This document shows, piece after piece, positions 9,463 through 19,173 of a stretch of DNA of 64,000 nucleotides. The notes below the pieces were generated by a model. That model worked only from the letters and a program-made list of their open reading frames with translations. It had not been told where the DNA came from and did not search any database. Origin of the DNA: an uncultured Nitrospinota bacterium (GTDB lineage: Bacteria; Tectomicrobia; Entotheonellia; J063; CAVPRW01). The stretch lies in NCBI GenBank assembly GCA_963707985.1, contig CAVPRW010000006.1, positions 32,001 to 96,000 on the forward strand, in the 5' to 3' direction. Both the position numbers and the translations under genes were made by a program. Positions within the stretch are counted from its first letter, which is position 1; every line of letters starts with the position of its first letter.

Positions 9463-10497
9463 TCAGGGTGTTGCAAGGTCATGCAGTGCGTCGATGATGG
9501 CGCGGTCGAACACCAGTCCCTCGACGCGGCGGCGCTCACGCTCACGGAAGGCACGCTCCGACGGAATGCGAATCTCCTCGACTCCTGCCTGTCGGGGGGT
9601 CGCCTTGAGGCGATCGATGAGCTCTGTCACCTGCCGTTTGAATTCGTCGGTTGGGATCAACAGGCCAGGGTCGAACGCCATGAATAGAAACCCATAATCC
9701 TGCACCTGGCCGCGTGCCAATGCTGCGCCGGCCAGGAGGCCCATGGCCTGGACCACGAACGACAGCCCATAGCCTTTATGCCCACCGAACGGGAGAACAC
9801 CACCGAGCAGCGCTGCTTGGGCATCACGCGTCGGTTGACCCTCCCGGTCAAGCCCCACCCCTGCAGGCAGTGGCGCGCCGGTCTCGGCATGCAGCAGCAC
9901 CTCCCCCCACTGCAGCGCGGCGGTGCCCATGTCAAAGATCACCGGACCCTGCGCGGACGGGAAGCCAAAGCAGAGCGGATTGGTTCCCAGTGCCGGCTGT
10001 GTCCCGCCAGAGGGGACCACGTGTGGCTGACCGCTGGCCAGGTGAATGCCGACGAAGCCGGCATTGACGATCATCTCCATATAATAGGCATTGCGCCCGC
10101 TGTAGTAACTATTATACACCCCCACCACAGCGAATTGACGGGCTCGGGCCTTGTCGATCACCAGCTGTGCGGCCCGGTACACGGCGACGTAGCCAACGTG
10201 GTTGCCGCCGTCGAGGAGCGCTGACACCGGAGTGTCGTGGACGACCTGTACCGGTTGGCGTGCTTGGCGGGTCTTGCCATCTCGGGCGATGGCCAGAATC
10301 CTCGGCAGACTGGCAAAAGGATAGCCGCACAAGGCATTGTCGATCAATTGGTCGACGATGATGCAGACTTCATCGTCGGCAAAGCCTAGACGTCCCAGCG
10401 CTTGTTCGCCAAGAGTCGTGGCCTCTATGACACTCAGGCGGATGGTGTCAGGTGTATCCTGGTCGAGCCGCTCACTGGTGGTGCTTGTTGTTGACAT
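9463..10497 (-). CDS. Ldh_2 family (malate/L-lactate/sulfolactate-type) oxidoreductase
   Basis: LDGGN..G, LGTNPL.FGFP, DMGT, LPFGGHKGYGL, IPSER. Confidence 0.85.
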   Translation of the reverse strand: MSTTSTTSERLDQDTPDTIRLSVIEATTLGEQALGRLGFADDEVCIIVDQLIDNALCGYPFASLPRILAIARDGKTRQARQPVQVVHDTPVSALLDGGNHVGYVAVYRAAQLVIDKARARQFAVVGVYNSYYSGRNAYYMEMIVNAGFVGIHLASGQPHVVPSGGTQPALGTNPLCFGFPSAQGPVIFDMGTAALQWGEVLLHAETGAPLPAGVGLDREGQPTRDAQAALLGGVLPFGGHKGYGLSFVVQAMGLLAGAALARGQVQDYGFLFMAFDPGLLIPTDEFKRQVTELIDRLKATPRQAGVEEIRIPSERAFRERERRRVEGLVFDRAIIDALHDLATP

Positions 10498-10622
10498 CTG
10501 GGTGGATTCCCCGTGCCTGGAGGCGGATTTTCCTGCACCATACCCCATCCCGACCCACCTGTCCAGCGGTGGCCGATCAGGCCATGCTGTGGCGATGATT
10601 CTGCGGACTGGGCCTAGAGCTG

Positions 10623-10631
10623 TGTTATAAT
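10623..10631 (+). promoter_or_regulatory. Extended -10 promoter element for the SDR/aldolase genes
   Basis: TGTTATAAT (TGn + TATAAT) about 55 nt upstream of the start codon, in a divergent intergenic gap. Confidence 0.5.
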
Positions 10632-10684
10632 CGTGCGCCAAACCTGACGGTTCGAAACTTGATGTCCCGATCATACGAGGAGAT

Positions 10685-11441
10685 ATGTCGATGGGGAAGC
10701 TCGATGGTAAAGTCGCGCTGGTCACCGGCTCAGGCCGCAATATCGGCCGAGCCACCGTTCTGAAATTGGCTGCCGAAGGGGCGCATGTGGTGGTCAACTC
10801 TCGTAGCAACCAGGCCGAGGCCGATGCGGTGGCACGCGAAGCCCAAGCCTTATGGCGTCAAGGCACTGTCGATCCTGGCGGACGTAGGCAAGAAAGATCA
10901 GATTGACAGCATGATATCGAAAGCGATGTCGGAATTTGGCCAGATCGATATCCTCATCAATAATGCGGCGATCCGCCCCCATAAGCCGTTTACGGAGCTG
11001 ACGGTCGAAGATTGGGAAAGAGTGCGCGCCGTGGTGCTGGATGGAGCGTTGTACGCCAGCATGGCCGTAATCAAAAGCATGGTGGCCAACAATTATGGGC
11101 GCATTCTATTCTTCACGGGCGAGGGGGCTTTCTCCGGTGGTTCTGGACGAGCCCACGTGTCGGCGGCCAAGATGGGCCTGGTGGGGTTGGCCCGGAGTTT
11201 AGCTGCCGAGTTTGCCCCCCACAACATTCGGGTCAACGTCGTCTGCCCCGGCAGCATCGATACCTCGCGCGCCAATCCCGAATGGTATCAGGGGCGGGTG
11301 CCGAGCGCCGGCGGGATTCCCCTGGGGCGACAGGGCATGCCAGAGGAAATCGCCGCCACTGCTTTGTTCCTGGTCACCGACGATAGCGGGTTTATCACCG
11401 GTCAAACCATTCATGCCAACGGCGGAGTCGCCTTTTTTTGA
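10685..11441 (+). CDS. Short-chain dehydrogenase/reductase (frameshift near 10850)
   Basis: TGSGRNIG in the first frame; [19 protein letters not shown] and GFITGQTI in the second frame. Confidence 0.85.
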
Positions 11442-11456
11442 GGTTACCAGAACGCT

Positions 11457-12224
11457 ATGCAGACTAATACTACAAAGGCCAAACTGGCCGAGGGCAAAGT
11501 TGTGTTCGGGGCTATTATCAGCCGTTTTGCGCCGGACCAGGTGGAGCTGTTCGGCGCCCTCGGCTACGATTTCGTGATGATCGACTGCGAACATGGTCCG
11601 ATGAGCTTGGACGAAGTGGAACACATGGTGCGTGCCGCCGAGGTGTTTGGCATCACTCCTATCACACGCATCCCAAACCATGCGGACTCCACCATTTTGC
11701 AGTTTCTGGATCGGGGCGTACAGGGCATCATTGTGCCCCATGTCAATACTCAGGAGGCAGCTGAGGCGGTGGCGCGAGCGGCTCGATACCATCCTGAGGG
11801 CCATCGAGGTATGGGCAGTGGGCGGGCTCATGACTATGGGATTGGCGTATCACGGGATGAATCGACACGCTGGATTAACGCCAATGTGCTGGTCATCCCT
11901 ATGATCGAAGAGACCGAGGCCGTGCATAATCTGGATGAAATTCTGAAGGTTCCTGGTGTCGACGTGCTCCACGTTGCCGCTAGCGACCTGAGCCAGAGTA
12001 TGGGTTATCCTGGCGCGGCAGCCGTGCGGCAAGTCATGCGGCAGGTGGTTTCCAAGATCCGAACTGGTGGCAAACTGGCCGGGGTCGGTGGCAATTCCCC
12101 AGCCGATGCCACCGGCGTCGCCGAGTTTATCAAGGCTGGTGCCAATTTCGTGACGATTTCGGCGTTAGGGTTGCTGCGTCTCGGGGCCGAAGACTTCCGC
12201 CAGCGTGTGCAGGCAGCCCTGTAA
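11457..12224 (+). CDS. HpcH/HpaI-family aldolase
   Basis: IDCEHGP, LDRGVQGIIVPHV, P.G.RG, MIE, DLS. Confidence 0.9.
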   Translation: MQTNTTKAKLAEGKVVFGAIISRFAPDQVELFGALGYDFVMIDCEHGPMSLDEVEHMVRAAEVFGITPITRIPNHADSTILQFLDRGVQGIIVPHVNTQEAAEAVARAARYHPEGHRGMGSGRAHDYGIGVSRDESTRWINANVLVIPMIEETEAVHNLDEILKVPGVDVLHVAASDLSQSMGYPGAAAVRQVMRQVVSKIRTGGKLAGVGGNSPADATGVAEFIKAGANFVTISALGLLRLGAEDFRQRVQAAL

Positions 12225-12348
12225 CTGCCCACAAGCCGTATGGACGACGGATAGAGGATGGCGCTTGGCTTACGCTCCCCTCAGGTGAGCCAGCGCCTTC
12301 CCCCCAGCTATCGTTCTCCAGCCCTCCCTTTCTGCCTTCGGTTTTAGT

Positions 12349-12383
12349 CCCCTCTCCCTCTGGGAGAGGGTTAGGGTGAGGGG
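12349..12383. repeat. REP-like palindromic element
   Basis: CCCCTCTCCCTCTGGGAGAGGGTTAGGGTGAGGGG: hairpin CCCTCTCCC/GGGAGAGGG plus a GGGTGAGGG tail, a widespread extragenic repeat type. Confidence 0.65.
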
Positions 12384-12497
12384 TCGTTAGGGTAGCATCA
12401 AAGACCGCTCGCTCCCTCCTCTCCCTCTGAAGGATTCTGTGACTCAGGGCGCGAGGGGATTGACCTGACGTCTTCAGATCACCTCAGGAGGATATTC

Positions 12498-13271
12498 GTG
12501 CTGCCTCCCTTCCCCGGTATGGATCCATATCTGGAACATCCTGCACTTTGGCCAGGGGTGCATAACGGGCTCATTGCCGCGTTACAACTTTCCCTTGCCC
12601 CACAACTCCGGCCGCGGTACTACGTCGCCCTTGAAGCGCGGCTGTATATCACCGAGTCGGATCAGAGCGTGTTTGTCGGGCGCCCGGACCTTGCGGTCAT
12701 CGCTCAGCCAGCCGCCGAGGCCGCGTTGAAACCGAGCCCTTCTGCGTCCTCTGCGCTGACGGTACAGGTTCCGGTACCCGATGAAGTGCGGGAGACCTAC
12801 CTAGAGGTGCGGGAAACGCATACAGACAAGGTATTGACGGTAGTGGAGATCCTCTCGCCAACCAACAAGCGTCCAGGGCGTGGTCGGCGATTATATGAGG
12901 ACAAGCGTATGGAGGTGCTGGCGAGCAGGACGCACCTGGTCGAGATCGATTTCATTCGGGCGGGAGAGCCCATGCCGATCATTGGCAATGGTCGAGCCAG
13001 CGCTTACCGCATTTTAGTGAGCCGGGGGGACTGCAGGCCCAATGCCACGCTCTATGCTTTTGGCGTCCGTCAGCCGATACCCCCCTTCTCCCTGCCACTG
13101 AAGCCAACCGACCAGGAGCCCGACGTCTTCCTTGGCCAGATCCTCCATGACCTATATGACCGGGCGAGTTACGACTTGCGACTGGACTACAAGGGCAACC
13201 CTGATCCGCCTCTCCCTCCGGTCGAGGCAGCCTGGGCAGACGAGTTGCTACGTCAGAAAGGCTTGCGATAG
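12498..13271 (+). CDS. DUF4058 family protein
   Basis: PFPGMDPYLE, RPD, VEILSPTNK, HLVEID..RAG; AGGAGG RBS. Confidence 0.85.
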   Translation: MLPPFPGMDPYLEHPALWPGVHNGLIAALQLSLAPQLRPRYYVALEARLYITESDQSVFVGRPDLAVIAQPAAEAALKPSPSASSALTVQVPVPDEVRETYLEVRETHTDKVLTVVEILSPTNKRPGRGRRLYEDKRMEVLASRTHLVEIDFIRAGEPMPIIGNGRASAYRILVSRGDCRPNATLYAFGVRQPIPPFSLPLKPTDQEPDVFLGQILHDLYDRASYDLRLDYKGNPDPPLPPVEAAWADELLRQKGLR

Positions 13272-13383
13272 ACGGACGAGATCGCGCGCTCGTCACCGTG
13301 CTTAGCTCATGCGGCTGAGCAAGCTCTTTGGCCTTGTGACGCTTGCTCGACAGTCCACCGCCAGCGGGTGCCCACGTCAGAAC

Positions 13384-14430
13384 CTATGCGCCTGGACCAC
13401 GCTCCATGGAGTATGGTTGCCAGCGCATCAGCGCACTCTTCTCCAGGACAGCCGGGTTCACACAGCTCCTGGGCCAACGGCCGCTCAGCACCAAGGCGAT
13501 TTCTTGCCCTACCCGTCGCTTCCGCACTGGATCAAAGCGGGCCGAGGCTGAGGCCACGTGCGGCGTCAGAATGACGTTGTCCATCTTCAGCAGGGCATTG
13601 GTCAATGTGGGAGGCTCTTGCTCGAGTACATCCAGGCCGGCGCCTGCGATCCAACCTTCCTGCAGTGCCTTGATCAGTGCCTCTTCGTCCGTCGTGGGGC
13701 CACGGCCAGTGCTGATGAACAACGCCTCGGGTTTCATCTGTCGGAAGTGGTGCTCTGTCAGCAGATGATGGGCATCCGGCGTCGCCGGGGCATGCATCGA
13801 GACGATGTCGGAGCGCTGCAGCAGCTCGGTCAGGTCCACCGGCTCTACACCGTATTGACTCACGACCAACTCCTCGACGAAGGGGTCATAGGCCAGCATG
13901 TGCACACCAAAAGCACGGGCTCGCACAGCCACCGCCCTGGCCACGTGCCCGAAGGCGATGAATCCGAGCGTCTGGCCCATGAGGCGCGGGAACTGGGACA
14001 GCATCGGTCGGCCCTCAGCCCAGCGGCCGTCTCGGACCAGCCTGTCCATGACCACCAGGCGGCGATAGGTGGACAGGATCAGCATCATGGTGTGGTCGGC
14101 GACTTCCTCGATGAACGTGTCCGGCACATTGGTGACCGGGATGCCGCGTGCCGTGGCCGCTGCGATGTCGACGGAGTCGACGCCCACCGTGCCCAGCGCG
14201 ATGATCTTGCAGCGCTCAAGGCCGTCGATCATACGCTTGGTGATGAGGCGACCCTTGGCGTACAGTGCGTCGGCGTTACGGGCCGCTTTTGCAAACTCCT
14301 CCTCAGTCCCATTCGGGATCTCGACGATCTCCGCGTCGAGCACGCCCAGTCCTTCCATTTCGAGCTTATACCCGACGCCCGCCACCGAGAAACTCGCCCC
14401 AGCGGGTGTGGCGATCGTGAATTTTGCCAT
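13384..14430 (-). CDS. D-isomer-specific 2-hydroxyacid dehydrogenase (CtBP-like)
   Basis: VGVDSVD, GIPVTNVPD, TGRGP, GAGLDV.E.EP, LTPHVA. Confidence 0.9.
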   Translation of the reverse strand: MAKFTIATPAGASFSVAGVGYKLEMEGLGVLDAEIVEIPNGTEEEFAKAARNADALYAKGRLITKRMIDGLERCKIIALGTVGVDSVDIAAATARGIPVTNVPDTFIEEVADHTMMLILSTYRRLVVMDRLVRDGRWAEGRPMLSQFPRLMGQTLGFIAFGHVARAVAVRARAFGVHMLAYDPFVEELVVSQYGVEPVDLTELLQRSDIVSMHAPATPDAHHLLTEHHFRQMKPEALFISTGRGPTTDEEALIKALQEGWIAGAGLDVLEQEPPTLTNALLKMDNVILTPHVASASARFDPVRKRRVGQEIALVLSGRWPRSCVNPAVLEKSALMRWQPYSMERGPGA

Positions 14431-14640
14431 GTGACTCCTCCTCTCGTTACGTGCGATGCGACATTTTCCCCGTCAGCCGCACTCGCCACTTGTGAGCCTA
14501 GACGGTGCTGATTGTTTCACGCAGTAGGATTCCACAATTGAATATCTATCCAGAAATTTTCCTCACCATACCCGATTTATATGGGTCCTGTCCAGCATCA
14601 GAAGCACCCATGATGCGGTTGTTGACGGTCCATTGCGGTA

Positions 14641-15915
14641 TTGGACGTCACCTTGCGCTGCCGGTGCTCGCGTATTCCCCATCCAATAGACGAACTCCCT
14701 ACCTTGCCTTTTGGGAAGCTCGTATACTTCGTGAAGTGCCAACTTAGCGCTGGAGACCCTCGACCTACCACGGGGATCGGAATTATCGAGCGGCGACGAG
14801 GTGATACCCTGACCATCCGCTTTCCTGACCGTGAAAACAGGCATGACCAAGTCTCACGCAGATCGGAAGAGCTCCGATTCTCCCGTGGACTTTCAGCGAC
14901 TGCGGGCGGCTTGGCCGGGTCCAGTCTTTGATTTCACGCCAGAACCGAGCGCGGCGGATGACGGCCAACCTTCTGAGGACGTTCGGTCGCTTGTAAAATG
15001 TCTGCTTTTGACCTCCGGTTCCCCAACCGAAGTGAAGCAAAATCTCTCCCCTCTGAAAACGCTTCTCTGGAGCAAACAGGCTTGCACGCAGATCCTCGCA
15101 GGGGCTTCCTCCAACTTTGGTGAGATTCTCGCTTGGGGGGAGTTGCCTAAGTCTAAGGGTAGTAGCGAGGGTTCGACCGCGTTGGCACTCGAGGCGCATC
15201 TCGCCTGATGGGTTAAGACTAATGAACAAGAACGCTGCTCTGCGCTTTGCGGAGAATCAAGTCCAACAAGTGGATGAGTGGGGAAGCGTGTTTGAAATGA
15301 ACCGTATCGACCTCTTCGAGGAGGGGCAGGGGCGCTTCGAGGTCGAGTCGATGGCGGGCTCTGGCGCAATGGAAGCTTTCTACCACCAGAAAGTGTTCTC
15401 AAGGCTGAAGCGAGATGGCATCCATTCCTGGTTAGTCGTGCCCAATGAAGCTGTTCTTTGGGCTGGACCATGTTTGGCAGATTTGGCATACCACCTCGGC
15501 TCAGGTGGGAGCGTTCTCATCCCGAGTGCTGGGAGGCGTATCTCAAGCTGCAAGGAAGGCCAACGATCAGCCCCGTGTTCAGGTACCCAAAGCGGAGGAG
15601 CTTGGGTCGATCCTCAGGCCTCTCTTCGATGAGAATGCGGCTGAGCGCCGATTCTTCTGTGGCGCTGATTTCGAGGAAGCTGTCAACCGCACGTACCAAC
15701 GTTGTCTCCGATCGGCCCTCGGCGACGATACCTGGCCTGAGGACAATACTCGTGTCAACGTGTACCTCACCTCAGAGGAACTGACCCACTCACTGAGAGA
15801 CGTGCCGACGTCTGTTACAGAGGAAGCTGTCGAGCAGTTCATAATGGACATCAAACGTTACTGTGGAAGTGCCATGGCCAGCCAGGTCGAACAGCGCCTT
15901 GGTTTTGAGGGGTAG
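14641..15915 (+). pseudogene. Fragmented hypothetical gene (several overlapping frames)
   Basis: Four chained + strand ORFs with protein-like composition; no family recognised. Confidence 0.35.
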
Positions 15916-16025
15916 ATCCAGTGAATCGTGGGTTCACCAAACGGGTCCACGAAGCCTACACGTCGCATTGTGCAGAAGACATGGGCACGAGTGGACCGGC
16001 CCGCTGAGCGCGAGCGTTAAACGCC

Positions 16026-16265
16026 ATGCGGGTTGACGGGGCGTGGGATATCATCGTTGGGGTTGAATCCGCCGTGGTGGTAGAAGATTATCCTGAACAT
16101 CATAAGGGACCATGTGTTCTTGTCCTGCAAAGGGATCATGAAGGTAAGCCCGTTCACGGCGTCTGGGGTATCCCGAAGTAAGCAGCTTCTCCGGCTGTGG
16201 TGGTAACAGCCTATAGGCCAGAACCAGAGCTGCGGACAGCAGATTTCAAGAGGAGGAAATCGTGA
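16026..16265 (+). pseudogene. DUF4258-like (putative toxin) remnant with in-frame stop
   Basis: [53 protein letters not shown] at 16179-16181. Confidence 0.7.
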
Positions 16266-16478
16266 CCGGAAGACGCCATACGAAGTTTGTACGTGAGGGG
16301 CAGTACGGCGCCGAAGTTGATATCGAATTGATCGATGAAGAAGTCGGATGGTCGCCGTATTTATCTCTTGAAGATGCACAAAGATTGGATGATGTGCGGG
16401 AGGCTTTGCGGCGAGGTGACCTCAAGCGAGCAGCGCAGCTAGCCCGATGTCTTCAAACTCACGCCGATCGCTGTTTGA
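16262..16478 (+). CDS. Small partner protein of DUF4258 (putative antitoxin); frameshift near C-terminus
   Basis: TKFVREGQYGAEVDIELI..EVGWSPYLSLEDA.RLDDVREALRRGDL; GTGA overlap with upstream stop; alternative frame ends VFKLTPIAV*. Confidence 0.65.
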
Positions 16479-17031
16479 GCCCATCGTGCAAATCCATCGC
16501 TATTCCAATCGGGCACGCTGAGGATGATGACGCCGGCCTCTGCCGGCGCCACCGTCCCTGCGGGCTATTCGGCCGCAATGGCGCTGATAGAGCCTTCACC
16601 CTCCTTTCGCACTAGGGCAGAGCCGCGGTAATCAGTGCGTGAGCCCTCGACCACGAACTTGCAGTACCTGGGCGCCTCGCTGGGATCATCGCTTGCCGCC
16701 GCCGTTGCCACTCTCTCTTCACCTGGATTGAGCTTAGGCCGAGACAGGCTCGACGACGATCTTCACCGAGCCGATTGAACACATGAATGGTCAACCTGTC
16801 GCGTTTTGGTGCTGATGTTGGAGAGGTAACAATCGAGCACATTGTTCTCCGTTAAAAGTCGACCGATACTCATGGCGTCTTCCTTTCTTTTGGCAAGTGT
16901 AACTGATCGAGTTGGCAGCGTGAACGCTTCTGAACTCTGTCTTGTCTTGCGTGCCCCCTCAAAGACGCTATCGCTTTTGCAGCATGGTCTCACCTCCTCG
17001 ACCCCCGCCCAGTTTCCTAACTAGTCGCCGG

Positions 17032-17589
17032 CTATTCCTCATCCATATGAATCCTGGTGCCGGTTGCAGTACCTGGTGCACGTAGGACGACCTTCCCCTC
17101 CACGTCAAGAAACTCGATCAAAATCTCTGCCTCGAACTGCGTACCATGGGCGCTAATAGCTCCCGTCGCAGTCGTTCTCGTGGTCCCGAATGGCGTGAAA
17201 CCATCTTCCTTGTAGATCAACTTCCGATAGAGGTAGGCAAACTCACCTCCCTTTTTGGGCTCCCACGCGCCATGCCCATTGCTCAAAATTAACGTTCCCA
17301 AGCTCCCCACCGGTGTTGGCGCAGGGCTATCGGTCTCGATCACGACCCCATCGCGCCCAAAGCTGAGAAGGAGCGGGATCGGGACCAAAAACGCCGGCAC
17401 ATCGTAGGTCACGAGCCAGGAGCCGACGGGCTGGTGGCGATTCTGCGAGGACTGTTGCCGTTGCGCCTCGGCAGCCGCAGCCGAGACCAGCCCAATCCCC
17501 AGGAGCGCACAGACCAGTAGCAGTCCCAGCAGGACAGTTACGTTGAGTTTCATTGTGCTCTCAGGTGTGCGTCGATGGTACGGCTGCAT
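17032..17589 (-). CDS. Hypothetical secreted protein (beta-rich)
   Basis: Hydrophobic signal peptide ending AAAAEA; PVGSW...GHGAW...ATGTRI pattern; GGAGG RBS. Confidence 0.65.
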   Translation of the reverse strand: MQPYHRRTPESTMKLNVTVLLGLLLVCALLGIGLVSAAAAEAQRQQSSQNRHQPVGSWLVTYDVPAFLVPIPLLLSFGRDGVVIETDSPAPTPVGSLGTLILSNGHGAWEPKKGGEFAYLYRKLIYKEDGFTPFGTTRTTATGAISAHGTQFEAEILIEFLDVEGKVVLRAPGTATGTRIHMDEE

Positions 17590-17889
17590 CGGTTTCCCCT
17601 CCTTTGCATTGATTGACAGTGGCCAAGCTGGGGTGCGGCCAGCGTAGGTGATAACGAACACGATGCCTTCGGTGACCTTGTCATCCTACGGCTAGGCATG
17701 GTGGGTCAGCGAGACGAGGTAGCCTGCAATCTTCGGCTGCTCCGGGTGGTAGACGTTCGACCCCAGAGCCAGTCGGGTCAGTTCCTCCGGGCGGCGTTGC
17801 TATGCAGCAGCACGGCAGAGTATCCCGCAGACCGAGGACCTGTGAGAGGGCTTTTCGCAGGAGACGTATTTCGCCAATTCGAATGGCTA

Positions 17890-18100
17890 TACATTGTACA
17901 TTCTCACTGCCGGGTGCTCTGGCCAATTCGCTCAGGACACTCTAGGCCCCCACCTCCCCAACACCGGCGCATAGTAGCGCGCCCCCGTGATAGTACTAGT
18001 CCACTTTCCTCATCGCGCTCTTTGCCCGTGAAGCGGTAGCGCTTCCTGGCAAAGCTGCCGAAGCTGGTGTCGCCATGAGGGGTGTACTCCTCGATGAAGT
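17890..18100 (-). pseudogene. RHS repeat-associated core domain remnant
   Basis: EEYTPHGDTSFGSFARKRYRFTGKERDEESGL, then YYHG ARYYAPVLGRW after frameshifts. Confidence 0.8.
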
Positions 18101-18249
18101 TCCTGATTTCTGACTCAAGTGCACGCCTTATCAGGACCAAGCGGTATGATGGTCGCCAGGGATCAAGCCGTCACAAGAACGGTACAGTGGCTGTCACGAT
18201 AGGGTGTTGCAAAGTCACCCGCAGCAAATCACCCTGTGGTCAGTCCTGT

Positions 18250-18468
18250 CTAGGCGGTCAGCGTCATGTCCCCGACAGAGGTGAGACGGCCGGTCCGGAA
18301 CCAGTGCACGAGGACAGCGACCGCGAGGTGATCTTGGTCCGGCTCCGTCACGGCTTGCAGCGCGGCCACGACGTCGTACAGCGTTGTGGTGAGGTGTGCC
18401 GGTGCCTTGGTTGCCCCTAGACGCGACTTTATCATCGGCACGTGATGGGAGCGGCTCCTTGCGGTCAT
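18250..18468 (-). CDS. Small hypothetical protein
   Basis: 72 aa, GGAG RBS, TTLYDVVAALQ...VHWFRTGRLT. Confidence 0.5.
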   Translation of the reverse strand: MTARSRSHHVPMIKSRLGATKAPAHLTTTLYDVVAALQAVTEPDQDHLAVAVLVHWFRTGRLTSVGDMTLTA

Positions 18469-18682
18469 GTCTTGGACTCCTTCCGCTGGCCGGTCATGGC
18501 ATCCAGGGATACAGGATGACAGCGACGCTGATGAAAAAGGTGAGGCACTCTTGAACTGTGACAGCCAGCATGGCTTACCCCCTCAGCTTCGCAACCAGTG
18601 CTCTTCCTATCCCTCGCGGTGATCTGTGTTGAATGTAGGGCCTGGGAGGGAAAAAACCTTGGAGATGGGCTGCAGAATTCCC

Positions 18683-18710
18683 TGAGATTTTCCTGAGATT
18701 TCCTTGAGAT
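18683..18710. promoter_or_regulatory. 11-bp phased direct repeats (possible OmpR/PhoB-type binding site)
   Basis: TGAGAT at 18683, 18694 and 18705. Confidence 0.4.
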
Positions 18711-18887
18711 GCTTCGGTGTGTCGATGGGGCAGGCTAAGGCTGGTGGCGCCTGGATTCTGGTGCGCGACTCCTGCTGGGTGGCGGATCCGGCTCGGAGCA
18801 GAGACCCCATGAGCCATTTGGCCTCTGGCTCATGGTCGCCTCCATCGCGGAGCGATGGCCTACCACCACCTCTCGTTCACGCAATAC

Positions 18888-19049
18888 TCATGCGGGCGGG
18901 GGTGGAGGAAATGGTGGAGGTGGTTCCGGTGGTGGCATCGGGGGCCTTGGGTCGGGGAGCGGCGGTTGTGGGGCTGGCGGCAGAGGGGGCTCAGCCCATG
19001 ATGCGTGGGAGGTGTGTGTGCCGTTATAGACAAAAGTCGCGCTCACCAT
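18888..19049 (-). CDS. Small proline-rich protein (53 aa)
   Basis: GGAGG RBS then MVSATFVYNGTHTSHASWAEPPLPPAPQPPLPDPRPPMPPPEPPPPFPPPPPA*. Confidence 0.4.
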   Translation of the reverse strand: MVSATFVYNGTHTSHASWAEPPLPPAPQPPLPDPRPPMPPPEPPPPFPPPPPA

Positions 19050-19173
19050 AAGGGTTCCTCCGTATGACATGGTTATGACGTCGATGACGTCGATGCGGTA
19101 TGCCACCGGCTCGCAAGGTCCCGCCGAGTGCTGCGCCCTCAGGGCCCGAGGCCGTGACCTGTCCGCTCGTGAG

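Noticed and set aside
13558..14511. 317-aa + strand ORF (and similar long ORFs at 29893-30912, 43498-44586, 52930-54234, 60397-61515)
   Set aside because: Antisense shadows of well-supported genes, expected in high-GC DNA; no motifs
16612..16993. Overlapping short minus-strand ORFs as a gene
   Set aside because: Possibly a decayed gene, but no recognisable family or consistent frame
18165..18200. Pho-box-like GTCAC repeats
   Set aside because: Only two copies 23 bp apart with a poor middle repeat; compatible with chance
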